Below the pieces are notes generated by a model. It was not told the origin of the DNA. It did no database searches and saw only the letters and a list, made by a program, of their open reading frames with translations. Made by a program: the position numbers and the translations under genes. From a virus (Duplodnaviria; Heunggongvirae; Uroviricota; Caudoviricetes), in the IMG/VR virus record IMGVR_UViG_2700989168_000005: a stretch of 8,934 nt of DNA. One strand, given 5' to 3'. Shown piece by piece: positions 1 through 6,622 of this stretch (positions within the stretch are counted from its first letter, which is position 1; every line of letters begins with the position of its first letter).

Positions 1-12
1 ATTACCACCTCC
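1..12 (-). promoter_or_regulatory. Shine-Dalgarno (GGAGG) for the next downstream gene, expected to be major tail protein V starting just beyond the window
   Basis: Reverse complement of 1-12 is GGAGGTGGTAAT, immediately 3' of the U stop codon (TAA at 13-15, minus strand). In lambda, V follows U after a few nucleotides. The start codon itself is not in the window. Confidence 0.4.
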
Positions 13-414
13 TTAATTCGTGTACGTGATCTGGTACGTGATTTCCGCCATCGCCCAGGTGGCCATCTCATTATCACGTTGATAGTTAAAACCGAGTGGG
101 ATCATGGTGTCGATGAGTCCGGAAAGCACCGGAATATCCTTCATGGCCGGAAATATGGTGTTCTCCATCCACGTATCCAGCTCAGAATCCGGCGCCTGTG
201 CACGGACGAAAACGGCAATATGCAGAACAGCCTGCCAGTCGTCCTCATCCGTCATTTTTCCGGTGTACTGCGCATCACTCAGCCACACCGCCACGGCGGG
301 CAGTTCCTGCGCATCAATAAATGCCGGAAGCCCGTCAAAAAACGTGGCGCTGTCTCCACACTGTTCCCGAAGGCGTGCCAGCACGCTCTGACGGATTTGT
401 GTGTGTCGGTTCAT
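13..414 (-). CDS. U: tail terminator protein gpU
   Basis: 133-aa ORF; translation (MNRHTQIRQSVLARL...ATFFDGLPA...PAVAVWL...YTG...DSELDTWME...ITYQITY) is colinear with lambda gpU (131 aa) as I recall it. Start ATG overlaps the Z stop (ATGA at 411-414). Confidence 0.9.
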   Translation of the reverse strand: MNRHTQIRQSVLARLREQCGDSATFFDGLPAFIDAQELPAVAVWLSDAQYTGKMTDEDDWQAVLHIAVFVRAQAPDSELDTWMENTIFPAMKDIPVLSGLIDTMIPLGFNYQRDNEMATWAMAEITYQITYTN

Positions 415-998
415 TTACTCAGATGTAACCTCAGTTGTTGTTTCAGGGCATACCCCAGCTGTTTCGGCATTTCCGCAGCAATGATGCGGTCGCGGGCATC
501 TTCAAATGCCTGTGTCAGCGGTCCGGACATCGGGATTTTCACCACATCAATGGGGTAACGATTTTTGCCGTCAATACGCCGCATCACATGCCAGCGACCA
601 TTCGCCAGTTGCTGAATAAACGCATCCCGGAAAAGGTATTTCCCCACTTTCAGTACGCTGCCACGATGACGTGAGTTGCTGCCATGCCGGGAGCGGGCCA
701 GTCTGACCTGTGCGGTACCCAGCTTAATGGCGGGCAGGTTACCCCGGTTAACACGCATGCGGGCATACATTTTTCCTGAGGGGCTGGCTTTAAGCAGCCT
801 GACACGCTCCCTGACCGTTTTCAGGGGAATACCTTTCACCTGGTTATCCCCGGCAACGGTATTCTGCGCAACCTGCCGTGTGGCGACAGAAACAATCTTT
901 GCCGCCACACGGTTTACCGCCCATGCGCTGGTCTGTGGCACCATGCGGGTATCGAGGCTGTTCAGATTGCGGATGGCATTCTCAAGTCCCTTCATCAT
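411..998 (-). CDS. Z: tail completion protein gpZ
   Basis: 195-aa ORF; shared motifs with lambda gpZ (KGLE, VNRGDLP/VNRGNLP, IKLG, FIQQL-NGRWHVM-R--GKNRYPIDVVKIPM, LGYAL). Two adjacent ATGs at 998/995; GAGG Shine-Dalgarno about 7 nt upstream. Overlaps the 3' end of FII by ~14-17 nt. Confidence 0.9.
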   Translation of the reverse strand: MMKGLENAIRNLNSLDTRMVPQTSAWAVNRVAAKIVSVATRQVAQNTVAGDNQVKGIPLKTVRERVRLLKASPSGKMYARMRVNRGNLPAIKLGTAQVRLARSRHGSNSRHRGSVLKVGKYLFRDAFIQQLANGRWHVMRRIDGKNRYPIDVVKIPMSGPLTQAFEDARDRIIAAEMPKQLGYALKQQLRLHLSK

Positions 999-1359
999 AT
1001 CGCCTCATTCTGGCATTATTCTGTGGGGCAGGACTGCCCCGCCTTAACCGGATATAACAGCATCCCCCGTCATCCGGAGTAATACGATCCACAAAGAAAG
1101 AATCATCCCCGATAGTTAACGTATCCTGACGGCGTAACTGCGATATATCTGCCGTTTTCACAAACAGGCACGGTGAGGAATCCTCAAGCCGGATCCCCCC
1201 GGCAACAAAAGAAATACTTTCGGGATCATCAAAAACCCCTGTCAGGTGTGTCCCCTCAAGTTCTCCGGACGTAATGACGGCGCTGATCCCCATATCACGG
1301 AGAATGACTTCATTGACACCGGCAAGCGCAGCATCAAACAGATTATCGAAACCGTCCAC
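982..1359 (-). CDS. FII: head-tail joining (tail attachment) protein gpFII
   Basis: 125-aa ORF; N-terminus M-DGFDNLFDAA, GVFDDPE, SSP-LFV, QLRR-DTLTIG and SPDDGG match lambda gpFII (117 aa). C-terminus slightly longer than in lambda. Confidence 0.9.
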   Translation of the reverse strand: MDGFDNLFDAALAGVNEVILRDMGISAVITSGELEGTHLTGVFDDPESISFVAGGIRLEDSSPCLFVKTADISQLRRQDTLTIGDDSFFVDRITPDDGGCCYIRLRRGSPAPQNNARMRRYDEGT

Positions 1360-1370
1360 GACATCTCCTG

Positions 1371-1757
1371 TTACTGCCTTTTTGCCAGACCACCTGCCGC
1401 CATGCTGGCAGCCACCTCAGCAGAAACACGAAACGACGTTCCCGGTGAAACAAATATCACTGAACCATTACATTTTGTATGCAGTGTCGCCAGTGCCACC
1501 ACCGTAACCTGCCCCGTTTCGTCTCCGGTAACAATGCCTGGCTGTTCAGGAACTGACTCGCCTTTATGCGCGGTCGGATCATCTTTCGATGGTGAGTACG
1601 TATCCGGCTCTGCGACCTCCCCCGCATCTCCAAGCTCTTCCTCCAGTTCCGCCACTCGCTGCGCAATATCTGCCGCACTACCGGAGACATCCGGTTCACG
1701 CCCCAGCCTCTCAGCCAGCTCACAAAGACGTTTCAGGTTTTCTTCTTTCGTAGCCAT
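1371..1757 (-). CDS. FI: DNA-packaging protein gpFI
   Basis: ORF track gives 1371-1790, but homology to lambda gpFI begins at the internal ATG at 1757 (MATKEENLKRL... vs lambda MTKDELIARL...). That ATG has an AGGAG Shine-Dalgarno ~7 nt upstream. The longer reading would overlap the intergenic hairpin. Conserved C-terminal block VTVVAL--LHT...PGT-FRVSA-VAA-M---GLA. Confidence 0.85.
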   Translation of the reverse strand: MATKEENLKRLCELAERLGREPDVSGSAADIAQRVAELEEELGDAGEVAEPDTYSPSKDDPTAHKGESVPEQPGIVTGDETGQVTVVALATLHTKCNGSVIFVSPGTSFRVSAEVAASMAAGGLAKRQ

Positions 1758-1771
1758 ACCCGCTCCTGATT

Positions 1772-1800
1772 GAATGAAAAACGGGAGCATTTAGCTCCCG
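1772..1800 (-). terminator. Intrinsic-terminator-like stem-loop with U-tract between E and FI (coding strand)
   Basis: Plus strand 1782-1800 is CGGGAGC-ATTTA-GCTCCCG, a perfect 7-bp GC-rich inverted repeat with a 5-nt loop. On the minus-strand transcript it is followed directly by UUUUUCAUUC (plus 1772-1781). It starts 8 nt after the E stop codon and ends ~15 nt before the FI Shine-Dalgarno. No U-tract follows it in the plus orientation. Confidence 0.5.
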
Positions 1801-1808
1801 CTCACGGA

Positions 1809-2837
1809 TTATTTCACCTGCACCACCACAAACTCATCCGGATCCGGCAGCACCATCAGCGGCGCGGACTGCGTCATGGTGAATTCACGCGCCGGATCAC
1901 CCACGGTCAGCCAGTGTTTCGGATAACGGGAAGACGCCACCACGCCTTCAGACAATGCCTGCGCATCCTGAATGGCACCGTAGCAACGAATACCCTCTGC
2001 GGCCGTATTTCCCAGTACCAGTGTGCCGTCCGGCAGATAACGTTTTTCGGTACCGTCCTCTGCCACATAGGACGTTTTTGCCACCACGATTGCCAGATCA
2101 CCATAATACCCTTTGAAGGACACCACCGCCCCCAGGTCTTTCACTGCCGTTTCCAGCTGTGAATTTGAGCCACGACGGGTATCCAGTTTTTCGCGGAACA
2201 GCTTAAAGCCATTCAGCAGACGCCAGACCTTACCATCCATAATGGCAATATTGATGGTGCCGGAAGCAAAATCACAGTACGCATCCAGATCATGCGTCGG
2301 ATCAAAGGTATCGCGGTCCTGAGCGCTCCACTCCGTCCCTCCTGCCTGCGTAATGTTATTTCCCACCGACCGGCCAAAATCGACCTCAACAGTTTCAAAC
2401 TGCTCTCCTTCCATGGTGTATTTGCCATACAGCACGGCATTCACCGCCTGCATCTCTTCCACCTGGACAATGGCGTGCTCTTCCTGTTTGAGGTTATCGG
2501 TGATGATACGCAGGCGACGGTAAGCCGGGCCGTTCAGCTGGGCCGGATCTTCACCGGGAAGACGCTCCACCGCCTGCTGGTAATTAAATTCGTGTTTCGG
2601 CTTAACGTAGCCCGGGCGCAGTACACGAGTTTCACCGCCACGGTGACGCAACACCTTTCCTTCAACAACCGGGGAGACATAGGCCGCCACCGGCGTTTTT
2701 CCGGTAATTTTGTCCAGCATTACCTCTTCGGTATGGAAATTCACCGTACGGCGGAAAAACAGCTCCAGAAACAGCGCACGAAATTTAACTTTTTGTTCGG
2801 TATAACCGAGTAACTGGCGGGTCGTAAACAATCCCAT
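1809..2837 (-). CDS. E: major capsid protein gpE
   Basis: 342-aa ORF (lambda gpE is 341 aa). Long colinear matches: FLELFF, PGYVKPKHE, AIVQVEEMQAV-AVL-GKYTM-GE, NNITQ-GGTEWS, KLDTRRGSNS-LETAVKDLG, GDPAREFTM-QSAPLM-L-DPDEFV. AAGGA Shine-Dalgarno ~8 nt upstream of the ATG. Confidence 0.95.
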   Translation of the reverse strand: MGLFTTRQLLGYTEQKVKFRALFLELFFRRTVNFHTEEVMLDKITGKTPVAAYVSPVVEGKVLRHRGGETRVLRPGYVKPKHEFNYQQAVERLPGEDPAQLNGPAYRRLRIITDNLKQEEHAIVQVEEMQAVNAVLYGKYTMEGEQFETVEVDFGRSVGNNITQAGGTEWSAQDRDTFDPTHDLDAYCDFASGTINIAIMDGKVWRLLNGFKLFREKLDTRRGSNSQLETAVKDLGAVVSFKGYYGDLAIVVAKTSYVAEDGTEKRYLPDGTLVLGNTAAEGIRCYGAIQDAQALSEGVVASSRYPKHWLTVGDPAREFTMTQSAPLMVLPDPDEFVVVQVK

Positions 2838-2894
2838 AAATCAGTTCCTTTCATTCAGAAATCAGTCAGGCTACCGCAGTGACCTGATAAAATG

Positions 2895-3242
2895 TTACGG
2901 CAGCGCTGCGTGACTCAGGGCACTGCCGGCAAAGGCATTCGCCTTTTTGTGTGTATCCACTCTCTCAGGCCAGTGGATGGCCTCCGTCGCAAAGGTCCCC
3001 GACTTGTAATACGTCAGCACCGTCTCTGTACCTTCAAGCGGCAGTACCAGTATGCCAACCACATGGCCTGCCTTCTGTCCGTCCCAGACCACCAGTTTCC
3101 CGGTATCCTCATCCAGCATCAGGGGCGTCAGAGCCGGTGTTGCCGAGGAAATCCCGCTGCAGCCTGTGGCGGTATGGGCCGGATCATTACCGGCAAAAAT
3201 ACGTACTTCCGCACGCTGTTCAGTGATGGTTTTCGTTACCAT
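2895..3242 (-). CDS. D: head decoration protein gpD
   Basis: 115-aa ORF with DPAHTAT, TPLMLD, KLV-WDG, VGIL, YKSGTF and AFAG motifs matching lambda gpD (110 aa). GAGG Shine-Dalgarno upstream of the ATG at 3242. Confidence 0.9.
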   Translation of the reverse strand: MVTKTITEQRAEVRIFAGNDPAHTATGCSGISSATPALTPLMLDEDTGKLVVWDGQKAGHVVGILVLPLEGTETVLTYYKSGTFATEAIHWPERVDTHKKANAFAGSALSHAALP

Positions 3243-3278
3243 ATTGTAAAAACCTCATATTGATGGTCAGCACTGACT

Positions 3279-4149
3279 TCATGGCATGGCCATGAGCATT
3301 TTCACGTCCGCATCACCGTCTGCTGACGTCTGTGGCACGCCACCCTGTACCGCTGCCGGTGAATGGTTCGCCATGAAATGTTCAAACATGGCGGTTGTGG
3401 ATGCAGAAANNNNNNNNNNNNNNNNNNNNNNNNNNNNNNNNNNNNNNNNNNNNNNNNNNNNNNNNNNNNNNNNNNNNNNNNNNNNNNNNNNNNNNNNNNN
3501 NNNNNNNNNNNNNNNNNNTCATCCCCGGACAGGCCGCCAGTTTTTCAGCCTGCGCCTCTGCCCCTTTTGCCTCATCCAGGGCCATAATCTGATCACGAAG
3601 TGAGGGTCCGGCATTCGCCTGCGGTGAAGCAGCCAGAATCGGACGGGCTTTTTCCACCGTCATCTCCGGCATCGCCGCCAGCGTTGCCGCCAGTTGTTCA
3701 CGTCCTTTCGCCTCTTCACATGCCATAATGCGATCGGCTTCACTCTGCGCAGATACACCAGATTGTTGCGGTGCCGCCACGGCCAGAATCGCCCGGGCCT
3801 GCTCAACGCTCATACCCTGTTGCCCTGCCAGCATCGTGGCCAGTTGTTCACGTCCTTTCGCTTCCTGACACGTCAGGATCCCCATCACTCGCTGGTTCTC
3901 CTGCGCGGCAGCCTCCGTTGCAGTTAATTGCGGCATAGTGCCTCCTGTATCGTGTGTGTTCAGCGTCGCAGCCATCACGCTGATGGCGTCCGACGCATTG
4001 ATTAATTCATCCGCCAGTTCGGCCTCAATACCGGACTGACCTTCAAAAACGGCGGCCTCTGTTCCCATAACCGCATCCACAGATAAACCGGTATACATCG
4101 CCACTTTTTCAGCAAACATCCGGCGCGCCGCATCAATGCGCTGCTGCAT
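3279..4149 (-). CDS. Nu3: scaffolding protein Nu3, putative in-frame nested product of C
   Basis: In lambda, Nu3 is translated from an internal in-frame start within C and shares its stop. A candidate internal ATG (Met231 of the C ORF, 4147-4149) lies at the equivalent position, with only a weak AAAGG upstream. Start site is inferred, not demonstrated. Confidence 0.3.
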
Positions 4150-4839
4150 GTCCTGGCGAACCTTTGCTGGCAGGGATTCAAACTGATTGCCATCCACCTT
4201 GTGCGATCCGGCGTAAATCAGCGTGATATCCACACCGGCCTGTGCCAGATGACCGGCATAGCTGACATGGCCCATCATCACCCCAATGGAGCCGATACGG
4301 GATGTCTGGGTAACCAGCCGTCGGGAGCAGGCCGATGCCAGTAACATGGCGGCTGAACAGGCCGTGTCATTGCACAGTGCCCAGACAGGCTTCAGCTGCC
4401 GGAGACGGTAAATCATGTCAGCGCAGTCAAACGCGCCGGTGGCCTGCCCGCCAGAACTGTCAATGTCCAGCAGTACGCCCCGTACCTGAGTGTCCGCCAT
4501 TGCCTGCTGAAGACAGGCGACAATGCCGTCATAGCCAGTCATTCCGGAAAATGGCCGCATGCCACCCAGCCGGTGTACCAGCGTGCCGGTCACCGGCAGT
4601 ACAGCAATACCGTTCACCACCCGGTAAACACGGGCAGGTCGTTTGCCTCCGGCCATGTACTCGTCCGTTTCAGCCAGCATCCCGGGAGCGTCAAGCTGTA
4701 CCTGCTGTTGCGGTACCGAAAGGCTTGCTGCGCCCATCTCACGCCCGAGCGCGCAAAAGAAAACCCGCGCATAGGCGGGCTCCAGAAGCAGCGGCTCATT
4801 GAATGCCGCAGCGATAATATGTGAAAGATTACGTCTCAC
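3279..4839 (-). CDS. C: capsid assembly protease / scaffold gpC (S49-family prohead protease), interrupted by an N-gap
   Basis: GTG start at 4839 with AGAGGAGA Shine-Dalgarno, overlapping the B 3' end. N-terminal and protease core are colinear with lambda gpC (AFNEPL-LEPAYARVFFCAL, NGIAVLPV-GTLV, SGMTGY-GI, KPVWAL-ND--CSA--LLASA-SRRLVTQT-R-GSIGVMM-H, ITLIY-GSHKVDGN, YTGLSV). The ORF track ends at 3382 because the N-run (3410-3518) is not frame-preserving. A lambda-like C-terminal tail (...HFMANHSPAAVQGGVPQTSADGDADVKMLMAMP*) is readable in another frame after the gap, with TGA at 3279-3281, so I place the true 3' end there. Confidence 0.8.
3410..3518. other. Run of 109 N (assembly gap or masked sequence) inside the C/Nu3 3' region
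   Basis: Directly visible. The gap abuts the tandem-repeat region and its length does not preserve the C reading frame. Confidence 1.
3519..3900 (-). repeat. Diverged tandem direct repeat (about 2.7 visible copies, period ~141-150 bp) encoding a repeated ~47-50 aa module in the C/Nu3 C-terminal scaffold region
   Basis: Protein copies: QRVMGILTCQEAKGREQLATMLAGQQGMSVEQARAILAVAAPQQ / DRIMACEEAKGREQLAATLAAMPEMTVEKARPILAASPQAN / DQIMALDEAKGAEAQAEKLAACPGM[gap]. At DNA level a 23-nt core GCCAGTTGTTCACGTCCTTTCGC is identical at 3689-3711 and 3839-3861 inside otherwise diverged copies. The third copy runs into the N-gap. Confidence 0.8.
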
Positions 4840-6422
4840 GTGATGTTGTCTCCTCTTCCGGCCTGCGACTCTCCGCTATCTGCTGCTGATACGCCTGGGC
4901 TATCCACACCGGACGTGAGAGTCCGGCTTTTTCGCGCTCTGCGGATTCCCTGACCTGCTGGCGGAAAATGTCCTGATAATCTTCGCCCATCAGTGCCAGT
5001 TCTTTCTCATACGTGCTCAGTCCGGCCTCAATGCGCATCACCGATTCCTGGACCTCCTTGAGCCCGTCAATGGCCATTCTTCCGGAGCTAATCCACTCTG
5101 CCCGTGACCAGGCTGAACGCGCCTGGTAAAAATCAAAACGCGCCCGTGGCGGACGAATAATCCCCCGAAGAAGCGCCTCTTCCAGCCAGCAGGAAAACAT
5201 CTGCGTGGCCAGCCGGGCCGCAATAAATTTTCGCCGCCCCATAAAATAGCGCCACGACTCATTGGCGGAGGCGCGGGCACTTGAGTAACTGACCTTCGAG
5301 TAATCACGGGACAACTGTTCGTAGGAAACGCCAAGACCGGCTGCAATATACCGCAGCAGCGCCTGTTCAAGCGCCGAAAATCCATTGTCTGAATCCTGCG
5401 CTGTCTGCAGGTTCAGCGCATCGCCAGGAAAAAAGGTGCGGAATTTTAACACCGCCCAGCGTCACGTTATTCGTGTCATACCAGCGGGTGAACTTCTCCA
5501 GAATATTAATAAGCGGATTATCCTGCTGACCTTGCGGTGCCCCCGCGATATATTCAAATGCCTTTTCGGTATCAAGTTCACTTTCGATTGTGGCTGCATA
5601 CATCGCCTTCACAATGGCCGACTGAAGCTGCGTGGCCTGCAGGGAGTCCAGCATCTTCATCCGCTCCATTACGCTGTAAAACTGATTAGCCCCACGGGTC
5701 TGCCCGTCCTCCACCGGCTCAAAAATATGCAGCATGGCCGGACGCCCGGTGGGAAGCTCACGCGGGATCCGCTCCCAGCGTCCGGCACCAGAGAACGGAA
5801 AATCATCCTCACAGATATGGTACGCAATCGCCCGCCCATACCGATCGACCTCAACCCCGGCCCGCAGAAAGTGGTTCCCCATACCGTGTCCTGGCGTGTC
5901 CACCCGTTTCGGACTCACGGCTTTAAAACGCGTACGGAATAACTGCGTGGTTTCCGTATCCCAGACCGGCTGCACAAAGATTTCGCCGTTAAAGGCATGC
6001 ACGCCCACCCCTTCACGGATAAATTCCGTAAACGTGCGTTTCCCTTCCACGTCGATCTCGCCAAACATTCCTTCTGCGTATTCCGACCAGGCTGCTTCCA
6101 CCTCCCCGACAAAACTTTTTGCCGTGGTCTCCCGCATCCCCAGCCAACGCCAGTTCAGACGGTAGCTGATAAGAAACATGTGCCCGACGATATGATCCTT
6201 ATGCAGGGCCACCGCATTAGCCGCGATACCGTTATTGCGCACCAGATCATCTGCCCGGGCATTCCCCAGACGCAATGCAGGCAACAGGGCCGCATCGGCA
6301 CTCTGCGCCGGTGGTAACCACTCTGCCATTTGCCCGCCAAATCCTGCGCCGCCTCCGTTGTAGCTGAGACTCTCACGAAGCGGAACGCCGTTCACATCAA
6401 TCAGGACAGGCGTTCGTTTCAT
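4829..6422 (-). CDS. B: portal protein gpB, reading frame interrupted by a 1-nt frameshift (extra A/T in homopolymer at 5429-5434)
   Basis: Two overlapping minus ORFs (5367-6422, 351 aa; 4829-5452, 207 aa) together span 1594 nt, about the size of lambda gpB (533 aa), and read as N- and C-terminal parts of one portal protein. Frames switch at coding-strand CTTTTTTCC; removing one T gives ...GVKIPHLF-PGDALNLQTAQDSDNG... continuously. Start ATG overlaps the W stop (ATGA). Confidence 0.85.
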
Positions 6423-6622
6423 AACCTCACTCCCAGCGGTCGGCGGCGTCGGGTCGTACCCAGAACCGACTCCGCATCGTTGATCGCACGGTTAAGCTCA
6501 TTCAGGGACGCTGCCGTATATTCGATCCTGCGACCGTCTTTCTGTACCGACACAACCCGTTTACCGGTTAATAAATCAAGGCGCGCCTGACGCAGCGCCT
6601 GCAGTTCAGCGACTGTAACCAT
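6419..6622 (-). CDS. W: head-tail joining / head completion protein gpW
   Basis: 67-aa ORF (lambda gpW is 68 aa) with L-TGKRV--VQKDGRR-E-TA-S and a C-terminal RRRR motif. Overlaps the A 3' end by 17 nt and the B start by 4 nt. Confidence 0.9.
   Translation of the reverse strand: MVTVAELQALRQARLDLLTGKRVVSVQKDGRRIEYTAASLNELNRAINDAESVLGTTRRRRPLGVRL

Noticed and set aside
1246-1773. 175-aa plus-strand ORF antisense to FI/FII
   Set aside because: Lies wholly opposite well-supported minus-strand structural genes. Ser/Pro/Ala-rich low-complexity translation typical of antisense frames in GC-rich coding DNA, with no recognisable domain or start context.
1758-1790. 11-codon 5' extension of the FI ORF (MLPFFIQSGAG)
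   Set aside because: It would overlap the intergenic hairpin, and there is no similarity upstream of MATKEEN. The ATG at 1757 has the better Shine-Dalgarno.
2838-2894. Weak inverted repeat (TCAGG...CCTGA) in the D-E intergenic spacer
   Set aside because: Only about 5 bp of stem with a ~12-nt loop and no adjacent U-tract. Too weak to call a structured element.
3286-3603. Plus-strand ORFs (3286-3603, 3363-3587, 3395-3592) and minus ORF 6623-6988 reading through the N-runs
   Set aside because: These are kept open only because N codons cannot be stops. They are artefacts of the gaps.
4335-4802. 155-aa plus-strand ORF, very Arg/Pro/Cys/Ala-rich, antisense to C
   Set aside because: Low-complexity antisense translation of the protease gene, not a plausible protein.
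5425-5440. Programmed ribosomal frameshift or transcriptional slippage in portal gene B
   Set aside because: Restoring the frame needs a +1 shift. The context (CUU UUU UCC) has no stop or rare codon and no stimulatory structure that I can see, and T6 is short for transcriptional slippage. Portal genes are not known to be expressed by recoding. Indel error or mutation is more parsimonious.
5385-5942. 185-aa plus-strand ORF antisense to portal gene B (also 5734-6165 and 5997-6317)
   Set aside because: Antisense to a strongly supported gene; Arg/Pro/Cys-rich composition and no ribosome-binding site. Almost certainly a shadow ORF.
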